A stretch of 64,000 bases of DNA from an uncultured Bdellovibrionales bacterium (GCA_964523015.1 CAZFXN010000003.1:22117-86116), one strand, 5' to 3'; positions 26,925-37,598 are shown, numbered from the stretch's first letter. Program-made: numbers and translations. The notes: generated from the sequence alone by a model not told the origin.

Positions 26925-27837
26925 GTGAAAGTATACGCAAACTTGGAACAATCCTGGCCAGCATTTCGCGTGGAACAGATTGTTCTAATACAATCTCTAT
27001 AGTTTTACTCGAGTTGGCACTTAAGTAAAGTTCTGGAAGTGGTATTTCATCCTCTTTTTCAGGTATTTTAGAATAATCCCTATCATTTGAAGCTTTCTCA
27101 TCCAAAATAAATCCAGCTCCTAGGGTAATAGATTTTAAAATAGCTGGTGATTTATTCACCAACGTTGCTGTTAAACCATATGAGGCCGAGCAGATAGATT
27201 TTTCACAGCTAGATAGTCGATCTCCAACTTTAAAATCAACGAGCTCTGGTAGTTGTAGATCCATGGGGGCTGAGACCCCTGGGAGCTTCGATCTAAAATT
27301 ACCTGCCTCCTCTCCCCATAATAGATCAACAACATAGTCAGTCATCGCTTGAGACGGGACTGTTAGAGTAAGATCTATCGGGGCATTTCTTTTCAGAATG
27401 GTGCTTTCTGAAACGGACTTCTCTAGAGCAGGCGCATTCAGATGATTCGACTCTCCACAAATCCCTGTTATACAGTGCGCACTCTCAGATATCACGACAC
27501 CATTTTGTAGAGCAGAAAGGAGAACAACTACTTTCTCAGTTGGCCAATCAACCAAAGGGGTTACCCGAACCTTTATTTGTAGCAATACTCCATCATTTGA
27601 TTCTCCTAATATCTGGAGCTGTAAAGGGGGGCGATTCTCATGATAGCCAACAATTCTATCTTTACTTTCTACGAAATTACTCACAATTTCTTTACTCCCT
27701 AAAGAGGCCATTTCCCCTGAAGGAGATTTATACTTAGCAGTTTCATTCTGAGCAGGAGTTGAAATCGTGTTAGTACAACCAACGAAGTAGGCAGTGCAGA
27801 CTAAAATTAATATTCGTCCTAAATGATTTATCATCAA
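26905..27837 (-). CDS. hypothetical lipoprotein (310 aa)
   Basis: Signal peptide with lipobox YFVGC. No other motif recognised. Confidence 0.55.
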   Translation of the reverse strand: MMINHLGRILILVCTAYFVGCTNTISTPAQNETAKYKSPSGEMASLGSKEIVSNFVESKDRIVGYHENRPPLQLQILGESNDGVLLQIKVRVTPLVDWPTEKVVVLLSALQNGVVISESAHCITGICGESNHLNAPALEKSVSESTILKRNAPIDLTLTVPSQAMTDYVVDLLWGEEAGNFRSKLPGVSAPMDLQLPELVDFKVGDRLSSCEKSICSASYGLTATLVNKSPAILKSITLGAGFILDEKASNDRDYSKIPEKEDEIPLPELYLSANSSKTIEIVLEQSVPREMLARIVPSLRILSHEYKSE

Positions 27838-27843
27838 TAAGCA

Positions 27844-28290
27844 TTAGGTCAGCTTTTCGCCAAAGGTTGCTAACTTCCAACCATTATAAATCGAAAAGGT
27901 CCAGATCTGCTTCTCTATCTGGGGATTAACTAAATTCGTAGAAGCGCTCTGTATCTTCTGTAACACATCAACCTCTGCTTTGTATGCGTCATCATAGAAA
28001 GAGACATTCTCAACCTTAGACTCTACTATTCTTCCCTCAGTTCGTTTTTCCTGAAGTACCACCTTCAGTGTTTCCATGTTTTCATCAGCGGCATAAGTAT
28101 TGGCTAGCGGATAATTCTCCCAGAATCTCGCCGTATTGAATCCCTTAACAGCATGATCTAACGTTCCCTTCCGTCCAGACTCAGTAATGCCAGCTTTATT
28201 TACAGAATCAATTGATGGAGCAAAGATGCAACCAGAAAATGTGAGGGAGGTAACGGCCAAGACAATTATAACTACTAGTCTTTTTTTCAT
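27844..28290 (-). CDS. hypothetical lipoprotein (~148 aa)
   Basis: The internal start MKKRLVVIIVLAVTSLTFSGC gives a canonical lipoprotein signal. The upstream extension to 28356 is unlikely to be translated. Confidence 0.55.
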   Translation of the reverse strand: MKKRLVVIIVLAVTSLTFSGCIFAPSIDSVNKAGITESGRKGTLDHAVKGFNTARFWENYPLANTYAADENMETLKVVLQEKRTEGRIVESKVENVSFYDDAYKAEVDVLQKIQSASTNLVNPQIEKQIWTFSIYNGWKLATFGEKLT

Positions 28291-28476
28291 AAAGAGATTA
28301 TTCCGTAAATTTAACAAACAATAGGTTACCAATTTACACTCATGGCACCAACCCATGTATACTAAATGTTAAATGCATAAAGAAACAAGAGTTTTGTTTA
28401 AGTTACTTAAAATAACTGCTATGAATATGACTGGCTACTTGTTGAAAACTTTCATAACCCACTAAGAGTATTTGAT

Positions 28477-29280
28477 ATGTCTAAAATAGCCTTAATAACT
28501 GGAGGATCCTCTGGGATAGGACTTTCATTAGCAAATCTATTACATGCCGATGGTTTTAAGCTCGTCCTCATTGCTCGTCGAGAAGATTTACTAAAAAAAA
28601 TAGTAGATAGATTTAATTCTGAAAGACTCAATTCTGCAAAATACCTCGTGGCCGATCTTAGTTGCCTTCAAAGTCCTGATCGAATGGGCATTAAAGACAT
28701 AGAATCTTTTATCCAAAACAATGAAGTGCATCTTTTAGTTAACAATGCCGGATTTGGATCTTTTGGAAGATTTGAGTCTCTTGATGTCGATCACGAAGAG
28801 AGAATGATAATTTTAAATTGCCTGGCCCCGATGAGACTTTCACATGCTGTAATTCCGCAGATGAGAATCCGGAGGGAAGGCTCTATTGTTACTATCTCAT
28901 CATTAGCTGGGTTTCAGCCTCTTTCATATATGGCTACTTACGGGGCAACGAAAGCTTTTGATCTATTTTTCGCTAGTGCACTCCATCATGAACTCAAACA
29001 TTTCGGAATTAATTCATTAGCCGTCTGTCCAGGCCCTGTTGATACAGAATTTGCAGGGGTTGCTAGAGTGCCGGGACAAGTAACCGGTATGCAGAGAGAC
29101 TCCGTTGATGCAGTAGCAAAAGAGATAATGAGCTGTATTAAATTAAGAAAGGAGATCTGTGTACCTGGATTTAAGGCTAAACTTTACCTGCCATTTTTAA
29201 AGCTACTCCCGCTTAGACTAAAAAATAAAATAGTGGAGCGGGCACTTCGTATGACCCTCAACGCAACAGGCAAAAAATAA
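28477..29280 (+). CDS. short-chain dehydrogenase/reductase (SDR) family oxidoreductase
   Basis: Motifs seen are TGGSSGIG (cofactor binding), NNAG, and the catalytic YGATK (YxxxK). Confidence 0.85.
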   Translation: MSKIALITGGSSGIGLSLANLLHADGFKLVLIARREDLLKKIVDRFNSERLNSAKYLVADLSCLQSPDRMGIKDIESFIQNNEVHLLVNNAGFGSFGRFESLDVDHEERMIILNCLAPMRLSHAVIPQMRIRREGSIVTISSLAGFQPLSYMATYGATKAFDLFFASALHHELKHFGINSLAVCPGPVDTEFAGVARVPGQVTGMQRDSVDAVAKEIMSCIKLRKEICVPGFKAKLYLPFLKLLPLRLKNKIVERALRMTLNATGKK

Positions 29281-29295
29281 ACACACAGCACAAAA

Positions 29296-29328
29296 TAAAA
29301 AAGGCGACCCTCTCGGATCGCCTTTTTC
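29296..29328. terminator. bidirectional intrinsic terminator between convergent genes
   Basis: AAAAAAGGCGAcccucucggaUCGCCUUUUU. The GC-rich stem is flanked by an A-run and a T-run. Confidence 0.7.
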
Positions 29329-29376
29329 AATAAGGTAATAAGCTAAGCCTATTACCTTACTATACTACTAGTTCAA

Positions 29377-29775
29377 CTATTTCTTTCTTGAACTCTTTTT
29401 AGCAGTGCTTTTTTTAGCAGTGCTTTTATTTGTAGTTGTCTTTTTAGTAGACTTCTTCTTAGCAGCAGTATTTAAAGGGGCTTTGTTGTTCTTAGCTGCA
29501 TTCTTATTCATCTTAGATCCTTTAGCCTTGTATGGCATATATTGATCAAGAACTGATTGGAATTCTTTTATGTTTCTAGCAGCTGGGGAGAACTCAACAG
29601 CTCTAGCAACACCTTTAACACGACGGCGACGAAGAATCTGATCTCTTGCATAACGCATGATCAGTGGCTTAAGAGTAGAATTACTAACGCGAAGCTTATT
29701 TTGAAGCTCTCTAACAGTGAACCATGATCCAACACGCTTGGTTATCTCAGTATCAATTTTTGAACGTACAGTCAT
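29377..29775 (-). CDS. basic DNA-binding-like protein with histone-H1-like Lys/Ala/Thr-rich tail
   Basis: 132 aa. The C-terminal 45 aa read NKNAAKNNKAPLNTAAKKKSTKKTTTNKSTAKKSTAKKSSRKK. This region contains a 15-bp tandem repeat at 29401-29430. Confidence 0.6.
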   Translation of the reverse strand: MTVRSKIDTEITKRVGSWFTVRELQNKLRVSNSTLKPLIMRYARDQILRRRRVKGVARAVEFSPAARNIKEFQSVLDQYMPYKAKGSKMNKNAAKNNKAPLNTAAKKKSTKKTTTNKSTAKKSTAKKSSRKK

Positions 29776-30022
29776 TTGTATTACCTCATTAATTAATTAG
29801 ATTTAGAGGCGAAAATGATTAAAATCAGCTTCGCTTTCTAAAATATCCCGGTCTAAAGTCTCCCGGGCTAAAATGTCACAGTCGGTTGCTACACCAACTT
29901 CTGTAACAACTTAGTCAATTGAAGATATACAAGAAATAAAACCAAGATGCAAGGTTGCGGTCACTTAGTTGAATAAAAACTACACTACCTAGATGTACGA
30001 ATGTACCTCTTCAGCAAACTCC

Positions 30023-30050
30023 CTACCTAACTGGTGCTACCTAACTGGTG
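30023..30050. repeat. perfect 14-bp tandem duplication CTACCTAACTGGTG x2 spanning the stop codon of the mutase small subunit
   Basis: Read directly from the sequence. Confidence 0.95.
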
Positions 30051-30459
30051 GTATATTTGCTCTTACCCAGTCAATTATCTCAGTAGTCTTTGCACCTGGG
30101 GTAAAGATCTCTTTAACACCGATCTCTTTCAGTTTTGCAACATCATCTTTAGGGATAATGCCACCACCAAATAAGATTATGTCGTCAGCCTTTTCCTTCT
30201 TTAAAAGCTCGATAATTGCTGGGAAAAGTGTCATATGGGCGCCTGACAAGATACTTAAGCCAATTGCACCAACGTCCTCTTGAAGAGCACTTCTAACAAT
30301 CATCTCAGGTGTCTGATGAAGTCCAGTATAGATAACCTCCATCCCAGCATCTCTTAGTGCACGAGCAATAACTTTTGCTCCTCGATCATGACCATCTAGG
30401 CCAGGCTTGCCGATAAGAATACGGATCTTTTCATTTGAATTTTGTGCTGGTGCATTCAT
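30037..30459 (-). CDS. B12-binding subunit of a split methylmalonyl-CoA-mutase-family enzyme
   Basis: [30 protein letters not shown] contains the DxHxxG cobalamin-binding motif. Length 140 aa. Confidence 0.9.
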   Translation of the reverse strand: MNAPAQNSNEKIRILIGKPGLDGHDRGAKVIARALRDAGMEVIYTGLHQTPEMIVRSALQEDVGAIGLSILSGAHMTLFPAIIELLKKEKADDIILFGGGIIPKDDVAKLKEIGVKEIFTPGAKTTEIIDWVRANIPPVR

Positions 30460-30537
30460 AATTACTCTTTACTCTCTAGATCATCTAAAAATGTTCATTT
30501 TAAAACTGTATTTCTAAAGCGGCAGTTAAATCATCAG

Positions 30538-32208
30538 CTAAATCATTCCTGGATCGGTGTAAACTCCGTATACCTCACGGTAAATATCGGATACCTCACC
30601 TAATGTGATCCCTACATCAGCTCCTAAAATAAGGTCCGGCATAACATTTCTATTCTCTTTGCAAGCAGTCCTAACTGCATTAAGTGATGCTTCAACCTTT
30701 GTTTTGTTCCTAGCAGCTTTAAAATTTACAGTATGCTGGATCTGCTTCTGCTCAGCTTGATGATCAACCTGAAGGAGTGGAATAGGGATCTCATCATTTT
30801 CATCTTTATAAGTGTTCACTCCAACAATTCCGTACTCACTCTCATCAAAACGTCTTTGAAATTGATAGGCTGCTTCAGCTATCTCTTTTTGAGGGTATCC
30901 AAGCTCTACCGCCTTTAACATGCCACCCATGGCATCAATTTTATTGATATAGTCGAGCGCTTCTGCCTCTATCTCATCAGTCAGCTGCTCAACATGATAA
31001 GATCCTCCAAGTGGATCAATAGTATTAGTTACCCCTGTTTCCTCAGCGATAATCTGCTGAGTCCTTAGAGCAACCTTCGCAGCCGCCTCCGTTGGAAGGG
31101 CCAGAGTTTCGTCCATCGAGTTGGTATGAAGAGATTGAACTCCACCTAATACAGCGGCTAAAGCTTGCATTGCTACTCTAGCAACATTATTGACAGGCTG
31201 TTGAGCTGTTAGACTTACTCCGGCAGTCTGGGCATGAGTTCTCAGCATGAGGGATTTTGGATTTTTAGCTCCAAACCGATCTCTCATTACTTTAGACCAG
31301 ATCCGTCTAGCTGCCCTAAACTTTGCAATCTCTTCAAAAAAGTCGTTATGAACATCGAAAAAGAAAGAGAGTCTTGGAGCAAAATCATCAACCTTCATCC
31401 CCCTCTCTACACAATGCTCAACGTATCCGATCCCATCAGCTAAGGTAAAAGCCAACTCCTGAACGGCTGTCGAGCCTGCCTCTCTAATATGGTAGCCACT
31501 GATACTAATTCCATTAAATCTCGGTGCTTCTTTACTACAAAACTCAACGATATCGCAGGCTAATTTCACTGACGGCGCAGGTGGGCAGATCCATTCTTTC
31601 TGAGCGATAAATTCCTTAAACATATCGTTTTGGATCGTTCCTCCGATCTTATCAAACGAAATGCCCTGTCTCTTCGCTAAAGCAAAGTAAAAAGCCATGA
31701 CAATAGTGGCAGAACAATTAATTGTCATTGAGGTTGTAACTTGATCAAGTGGAATTCCGGCAAACAGCCGATCCATATCATCAATTGTAGAGACACTTAC
31801 ACCCTCTCGTCCGACCTCTCCTAACGATTTTGGATGGTCAGGATCGTACCCCATTAAGGATGGCATATCGAAAGCTGTGGATAATCCTGTCTGGCCATGC
31901 TCAAGAAGGTACTTAAACCGTCTATTTGTATCTTCAGGAGAGCCAAAACCGGAGAACTGCCGCATTGTCCAAAGACGGCCACGATACATCGTTGGCTGGA
32001 CACCTCGCGTATATGGATATTCTCCTGGATTCCCTAGTTTCTCTTCATAGTTAAAATCTGAAAGGTCCTCTGGGGTAGCAAGTGGGGACTGATCTCTAAA
32101 ACTTATCGACTCAAATCTATTCTTTCTCTCTTTTTGAGTGCGATACTGATCTTTAAGCCAGATATCTTTCTTAGTTGGGTTAGCTTTTTTAGGTATTGTT
32201 TTTGTCAT
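30538..32208 (-). CDS. methylmalonyl-CoA mutase family, catalytic (TIM-barrel) subunit
   Basis: Blocks typical of MCM/ICM large subunits are seen: [26 protein letters not shown] and [20 protein letters not shown]. Confidence 0.9.
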   Translation of the reverse strand: MTKTIPKKANPTKKDIWLKDQYRTQKERKNRFESISFRDQSPLATPEDLSDFNYEEKLGNPGEYPYTRGVQPTMYRGRLWTMRQFSGFGSPEDTNRRFKYLLEHGQTGLSTAFDMPSLMGYDPDHPKSLGEVGREGVSVSTIDDMDRLFAGIPLDQVTTSMTINCSATIVMAFYFALAKRQGISFDKIGGTIQNDMFKEFIAQKEWICPPAPSVKLACDIVEFCSKEAPRFNGISISGYHIREAGSTAVQELAFTLADGIGYVEHCVERGMKVDDFAPRLSFFFDVHNDFFEEIAKFRAARRIWSKVMRDRFGAKNPKSLMLRTHAQTAGVSLTAQQPVNNVARVAMQALAAVLGGVQSLHTNSMDETLALPTEAAAKVALRTQQIIAEETGVTNTIDPLGGSYHVEQLTDEIEAEALDYINKIDAMGGMLKAVELGYPQKEIAEAAYQFQRRFDESEYGIVGVNTYKDENDEIPIPLLQVDHQAEQKQIQHTVNFKAARNKTKVEASLNAVRTACKENRNVMPDLILGADVGITLGEVSDIYREVYGVYTDPGMI

Positions 32209-32250
32209 ATCTTTTAAATTGAATTCTGACTAATAGCGCAGCGAGACAGA

Positions 32251-33411
32251 CTACTCTTTAAGTAAAGCACCTGCAACAACTTGCCGTTGGATTTCACTTG
32301 TTCCCTCATATATTTCAGTAATCTTAGCGTCACGCATATGTCTCTCGGCTGGATAATCCTTTACAAATCCGTAACCACCATGGATCTGCACCCCTTTTGT
32401 TCCGCACATATTAGCAACCTCGGATGCGTATAATTTAGCCATCGCGGCCTGTCTAATGTATGACTTTTTTTGATCTTTTAACTTCGCTGCTCCAAGGGTT
32501 AGATACCTTGCCGAATCTATCCCGATTAACATATCAGCCAAGTAGTTCTGAATTGATTGATGCTCACAGATAACCTTTCCAAAAGCCTTCCTTTCTTTAG
32601 CATAGGCAAGAGCATCTCTGAGAGCAGCGCGACCTATCCCTACTGCTTGAGCTCCTATACCAACTCTGCCACCATTAAGGGTGTTCATCGCCACACGGAA
32701 ACCACCTAGCTCCTCTCCTAAAAGATTTTCCTTTGTAAGCTCTAAGTTATCATAAGTAAGGCCACAGGTTGGCGATCCGCAGATTCCCAATTTGTTCTCC
32801 TTTTTACCGCGCGACATCGCAGGGGTATCCATATCATGAACAAACGCAGTTACTCCACGATACCCTTTGCTAGGATCTTGCATTGCAAACAAAACACATA
32901 CGTCTGCTACTGGGCCGTTGGTAATCCAGTTCTTAGCACCATTAATAATATATTTATCCCCTACCTTTTTAACCATGCAGGTCAAATTCGCAGCATCGCT
33001 CCCTGTGCCTGGCTCAGAGAGAGCAAAGCATCCAACTGATTTTCCAGTAGCAAGTCGGGTTAGATAATTTTTCTTTTGCTCCTCTGTTCCAAACTCTAAG
33101 ATCGGAGAGATACAAAGTGAATTATGGGCACTAACTATTACAGAGGTTGAGGCGCAGGCTGCTGCTAATTCTTCGATAATCAAACAGTAGGCCATCATTG
33201 ACATCCCTGATCCACCGTATTGTTCAGGCACACAGACCCCCATAAATCCAAGATCGCCCATCTTAGGAATCAGTTCACTTGGGTAGTAATGTTCTTGATC
33301 TATCTTTTCTGCTAACGGTAGAACTTCCTGAGTAGCAAAATCCCTAGCAGCCTCCTGCACCATCCGTTCTTCTTCGGTAAGCTCAAAGTCAAAACCATCT
33401 ATCCAAGACAT
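32251..33411 (-). CDS. acyl-CoA dehydrogenase (short/medium-chain type)
   Basis: Blocks seen are GCFALSEPGTGSDA, WITNG, the QIHGGYGF-type motif QIHGGYGFVKDYPAERHMRDAKITEIYEGTSEIQ. Confidence 0.9.
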   Translation of the reverse strand: MSWIDGFDFELTEEERMVQEAARDFATQEVLPLAEKIDQEHYYPSELIPKMGDLGFMGVCVPEQYGGSGMSMMAYCLIIEELAAACASTSVIVSAHNSLCISPILEFGTEEQKKNYLTRLATGKSVGCFALSEPGTGSDAANLTCMVKKVGDKYIINGAKNWITNGPVADVCVLFAMQDPSKGYRGVTAFVHDMDTPAMSRGKKENKLGICGSPTCGLTYDNLELTKENLLGEELGGFRVAMNTLNGGRVGIGAQAVGIGRAALRDALAYAKERKAFGKVICEHQSIQNYLADMLIGIDSARYLTLGAAKLKDQKKSYIRQAAMAKLYASEVANMCGTKGVQIHGGYGFVKDYPAERHMRDAKITEIYEGTSEIQRQVVAGALLKE

Positions 33412-33435
33412 GGAAACTCCATAAGAAATCTTAAA

Positions 33436-34218
33436 CTATCTACCTGTGAATTTAGCTTTACGCTTCTGCATAAAGGCAAGCATGCCCTCTTCTCGATCTA
33501 CCGTTTCAAATGTTCTAAGAAAGGCTTCGACCTCTTGTTGAAGTCCTGAGAGAAGGATCTGCTCCTGGGATCTTCTTAATAACCCCTTTGCTTCTCGTAC
33601 TGCAATAGGCCCTTTACTGGCAATCGTTTGGGCCATCTTCCAGGCAGTTTCCTGTAATGATCCTTCTGCCGCAACCACATCGGCTAGTCCAATTGATTTT
33701 GCTTCGGCTGCGTCAATAATATCACCGGTTAAAACTAATCTTCTTGCTGCTCCTATGCCACATCGATGAATTAATCTCTGCGTTCCTCCAAAGCCAGGGA
33801 TAATTCCTAAATTAACTTCAGGAGCTCCAAATTTCGCACTCTGTGATGCTAAGATAATATCACAAGCTAAGGCTAACTCTAATCCACCACCAAGAGCATA
33901 TCCATTAACTGCTGCCAGAACTGGGAACGGCGCAGTCTCTATTGCTCGCATAGCCCGTTGTCCTAATTCTATGTAATCCGCAGCGGCTCTCTTTCCAAGT
34001 TGTTGTAATAAAGGAATGTCAGCACCAGCAACAAAAGCTTTCTCACCAGCACCAGTGATTACTACTGCCTTAATAGAATATTCTTTCTTAAGTTTATCAA
34101 AGGTTAAGATGATACTTGATAGGACATCTATATTAAGAGCATTCAGATTATCGGGCCGATTAACTATAAGCTCAGCAATATCGCCATCAATTCTAGTTGA
34201 GAGTACCTCTTCATTCAT
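33436..34218 (-). CDS. enoyl-CoA hydratase (crotonase family)
   Basis: Blocks seen are VITGAGEKAFVAGADI and AAVNGYALGGGLELALACDI. Confidence 0.9.
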   Translation of the reverse strand: MNEEVLSTRIDGDIAELIVNRPDNLNALNIDVLSSIILTFDKLKKEYSIKAVVITGAGEKAFVAGADIPLLQQLGKRAAADYIELGQRAMRAIETAPFPVLAAVNGYALGGGLELALACDIILASQSAKFGAPEVNLGIIPGFGGTQRLIHRCGIGAARRLVLTGDIIDAAEAKSIGLADVVAAEGSLQETAWKMAQTIASKGPIAVREAKGLLRRSQEQILLSGLQQEVEAFLRTFETVDREEGMLAFMQKRKAKFTGR

Positions 34219-34272
34219 AACAACTCCGTAAGATTATCATAGTTACTTTTATACTGATCTTTATCCTGATCT

Positions 34273-34623
34273 TTATCCGGGTGGCCACTCCATTTCTCGC
34301 CCACCTAAGATATGAACGTGAAGATGATCAACTGCCTGGCCAGCATCTTTTCCATCATTAACTACCAGCCGATACCCACTCTTATCAATTCCCTCTTTAG
34401 TTGCAAGTTCAGCAGCCACTAAAAGCAGCTCTCCTAAAAGCTCTTTATCCTCTGGCCTTGCAGAACTAACGCCTGAAATAACTTTTTTGGGGATCACTAA
34501 TATATGAACAGGTGCCTTTGGATAGATATCTCTAAAAGCAAGCACTTTATCACTTTCATATACAATGGTTGCTGGAATTTCTTTTCGGATGATCTTTGAA
34601 AAAATCGTCTCTTCAACTGTCAT
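34273..34623 (-). CDS. HIT-family (histidine triad) nucleotide hydrolase
   Basis: Blocks seen are IFSKIIRKEIPA and the histidine triad HLHVHILGG. Confidence 0.9.
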   Translation of the reverse strand: MTVEETIFSKIIRKEIPATIVYESDKVLAFRDIYPKAPVHILVIPKKVISGVSSARPEDKELLGELLLVAAELATKEGIDKSGYRLVVNDGKDAGQAVDHLHVHILGGREMEWPPG

Positions 34624-34691
34624 ATTAACCTCCCTCTTTATAAAAACAGAACAGGGAGGACTATATTATATTTTTCTCAATATAGGGATAG

Positions 34692-36221
34692 CTAAGTAGC
34701 AGCTGGAAACAAGATCTCTACCTTTGTTCCTTCACCTGAAGAGCTCTGAAGGCTAATATCTCCGCCTAGCATCTTTACAAGATTATATACATTCCAAAGA
34801 CCCAAACCGTTACCAACGGTACTAATACCGTTTACATGATCCATATGTTTAGTACTAAAAAATGGCTCGTGCACTCTTCTTAGAACCTCTTCTGTCATGC
34901 CGCATCCATTGTCAACTATCTCAAGTGCCACCTTTGCTGAAGTAGGCATATGTTTTGCCTCTACAGAGATCGTTCCCTCTTCAGAGATTGATTCAATAGA
35001 ATTTTTTATAATACTAGTAATAATATCGATTACATTTTGTGTATCGGCCGAAATAACTGGTAATGTTTTTGGTAAATTTAAATAAAAATTTATCCTCTCT
35101 CCTACTAGCTGTCTTTGAACATCAACTATCGATGTCAGCAATTGACTCAAATCCTCCTTTGTAGTGCGCCGCTTTCTAGCGTCTTGCGAAGTCAAGCAGG
35201 ACATCTTCTTAGTCAACTGCTCTCCCTGATGTAGGGCGTGATCCAAAACCTTGAAGCATCGATCAACCACCGGCACATCCCGAGCATATTTCTTTAAGAC
35301 ATCAGTTGAACCTTTTACTGCACCAAGTATATTATTAAAGTTGTGGGCAACTCCTGTTGCAAAGACACTGACAGTTTTTAACTTTATCTGTTCTGTCATC
35401 TTCCGTTCAAGGTTTCGAAGATGGCTAATGTCTCTAAATAACCACAATCTCAATCCGGAACCAGCACCATCATTCGCTACCGGCCTAGAAACTATGCGGA
35501 TGATTCTCTGTGACTCAATACCTCGCTTAAACTCCATCTCTTTATTAATAAAGTGGGTGGAATCCTCTCTTATCTTTTCAACTAACTGTTTAAGATCTTC
35601 CTCCAGCATTCCTGCAAAAAGAACCTTAGGCAGTTCTGCCATTAAGCTAGGAATCCTCTCATCACAGAAGCTGCAAAATTCCTGATTTGTATAGACAATG
35701 GCTCCTGATTTATCTACGACTGCTAATCCTTCAGGTAAAACATCCCCTACTGCACGTTGCACTGAAACTGATCTTTCTAAACTCTCGCGGTCTAAATTTA
35801 ATCGTCTATAAAGATTTGAAAATGCAAGTTGATTCTGTATCCGTGCTCTTAAAATTCGAGGATCTATTGGCTTTGATATAAAATCATTAGCCCCTGCTTT
35901 TAATGCTGCCTCTAAGTTTTCCCCTTCCGTATTTCCAGTCACCATTACTATAGGTAAATCTTCTTTAGAATATTTTTGTCGCACTAATTTACAGACTTCA
36001 ATTCCATCGATATCAGGCATGGAGATATCAAGGATAACTAAGAGAGGATCTTCTTTATCACATTTTTCAACACACTGCTTTCCACCTTCAGCTTCGATTA
36101 CTTCATAACTCCAGCCCTCGAGCATAGATCTAACCATCCTTCTATCTAAAGGATTGTCATCGACCACAAGAACTGGCGATGCACTTGTCACATGACGAGC
36201 TTTTACCTTAGACATTAGCAA
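34692..36221 (-). CDS. hybrid sensor: receiver + PAS-like + HisKA + HATPase histidine kinase
   Basis: Motifs seen are the receiver (VLVVDDNPLDR...ILDISMPD...TKP-like SKP), the H-box ATGVAHNFNNILGAV, an N-box-like NSIES, G1 DNGCGM, and the G2-like GNGLGL. Confidence 0.85.
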   Translation of the reverse strand: MLMSKVKARHVTSASPVLVVDDNPLDRRMVRSMLEGWSYEVIEAEGGKQCVEKCDKEDPLLVILDISMPDIDGIEVCKLVRQKYSKEDLPIVMVTGNTEGENLEAALKAGANDFISKPIDPRILRARIQNQLAFSNLYRRLNLDRESLERSVSVQRAVGDVLPEGLAVVDKSGAIVYTNQEFCSFCDERIPSLMAELPKVLFAGMLEEDLKQLVEKIREDSTHFINKEMEFKRGIESQRIIRIVSRPVANDGAGSGLRLWLFRDISHLRNLERKMTEQIKLKTVSVFATGVAHNFNNILGAVKGSTDVLKKYARDVPVVDRCFKVLDHALHQGEQLTKKMSCLTSQDARKRRTTKEDLSQLLTSIVDVQRQLVGERINFYLNLPKTLPVISADTQNVIDIITSIIKNSIESISEEGTISVEAKHMPTSAKVALEIVDNGCGMTEEVLRRVHEPFFSTKHMDHVNGISTVGNGLGLWNVYNLVKMLGGDISLQSSSGEGTKVEILFPAAT

Positions 36222-36363
36222 TGACTCATTAAGTTATTCTGAAATCGAACATTAATTTCCCTCTAGAGTATCGGCAGATTCAGATAATAAATTTAAATGG
36301 ATCATTTATTGCTTATATCAACTTGCCTGTTTTCGGACTTTTAACATAACTTAATAATATTAA

Positions 36364-36933
36364 GTGGTTACTTTGGCCGATCTATTTCAAAACACTGACT
36401 TACTGAACATTTCTGAACGAACCTTGAACAATGCTCCGCAGATTGCTTCACAGGTAATTCCAGAATCTGGCCTTTTAATGTCTTACATGAAGAAGTTTGA
36501 GAACACCTTAACTCATCGTGGGTTATTGCCTGCACTTCATACTAACACCTTTAATCCGATCTGGTTTCTAGCAGAGATGGAGCAGAACATTTATTTATGG
36601 AGGAAAGGTTTATCCATAGATAATTTAAATGATTATTATTTTTGGCTCGATCCAAAGATACTGATCTCAAAAAGACTTACCCAATTAGAGAATAAAGACA
36701 TAACAAATCCGTTTCTAAATCCGCTTTGGGGATCTGGTACTACAAATGATGAGATTACTGGCCAGGAGCAGCGATACTTGGAAAGATTTCTTGAGCTATA
36801 TAAACATGCAGAAATTCACTTAGGCGCAATTAGCTTAATTCAATTACTTTTAACTGCGGTTGATAATACTGATTCTGTTTTTAGATTAAATAAGCCGCTA
36901 GTAATTTTACCAGCTTATTTTAAGCAACACTAA
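36364..36933 (+). CDS. hypothetical protein (189 aa, GTG start)
   Basis: Intact ORF. No motif recognised. Confidence 0.4.
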   Translation: MVTLADLFQNTDLLNISERTLNNAPQIASQVIPESGLLMSYMKKFENTLTHRGLLPALHTNTFNPIWFLAEMEQNIYLWRKGLSIDNLNDYYFWLDPKILISKRLTQLENKDITNPFLNPLWGSGTTNDEITGQEQRYLERFLELYKHAEIHLGAISLIQLLLTAVDNTDSVFRLNKPLVILPAYFKQH

Positions 36934-36938
36934 AAAAG

Positions 36939-37499
36939 TTAAAACTCTTTAAGCCAATTTTCCTCACCAGACTCGGCGACCTTGCCGCTACTTTTTCGAG
37001 TGCCACCTTTTTGCTTATTCTGAAGACGCTCTAATTTAGCCTTATCCTTTTCAATCTTTTTAGATCTATCTTCGTGCCAGGCTGGTCTAGATCGGTAAGG
37101 GATCCTACCTAATAGTTTACTCTCACATTTAAGACCGACCTCAGCTTTTTTTAGCTTAGCGCAGTCTTTATCCGGAGCCACTTTTTTGCCAGCTTTGTTC
37201 CGTTTATGGGGACATCCTACTACTGCTCGAGGAAGTTCTTTCTCAATACAAAACTCGATCTCAGCTTTTACACGACTAAACAATTTATCCTGCTCTGCAC
37301 TCTCCTGCCTCTCTTTGGCTGTACGGGAGTCCGGCAATATCTTTTCTAAAAATCCGCCACTTCTACCAGGAGCTGATGATTTAGATGAGGGAGGGGTATC
37401 ATCTGCAAATATAAATATCTCGCTATCTTGGAAGAGCATTTGGCCAAGACCGACTAAGATCAGCACTATCAATATTATGCGTCCGGCAGAGTGTTTCAT
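36939..37499 (-). CDS. hypothetical secreted Lys-rich protein (186 aa)
   Basis: N-terminal signal-like helix IILIVLILVGLGQMLF followed by a charged K/E/R-rich body containing four Cys residues. Confidence 0.5.
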   Translation of the reverse strand: MKHSAGRIILIVLILVGLGQMLFQDSEIFIFADDTPPSSKSSAPGRSGGFLEKILPDSRTAKERQESAEQDKLFSRVKAEIEFCIEKELPRAVVGCPHKRNKAGKKVAPDKDCAKLKKAEVGLKCESKLLGRIPYRSRPAWHEDRSKKIEKDKAKLERLQNKQKGGTRKSSGKVAESGEENWLKEF

Positions 37500-37565
37500 A
37501 ATTATTGAGAGATATTACTTGGTTTTTCATCCCTAAACAAACGCTTATTTGGCTTGGGGCGCTGC

Positions 37566-37598
37566 CAAATAAAAAGGGCACCTCTTTCGAAGTGCCCT
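37566..37598 (-). terminator. intrinsic terminator downstream of the porin gene
   Basis: The minus strand reads GGGCACuucgaaagagGUGCCC followed by UUUUUAUUU. Confidence 0.75.

Noticed and set aside
29993-30283. 96-aa plus-strand ORF overlapping the mutase B12-binding subunit
   Set aside because: It lies antisense to a gene with the DxHxxG cobalamin motif and is a shadow ORF.
35251-35685. 144-aa plus-strand ORF inside the hybrid histidine kinase gene
   Set aside because: It lies antisense to a gene with clear REC/HisKA/HATPase motifs and has no features of its own.
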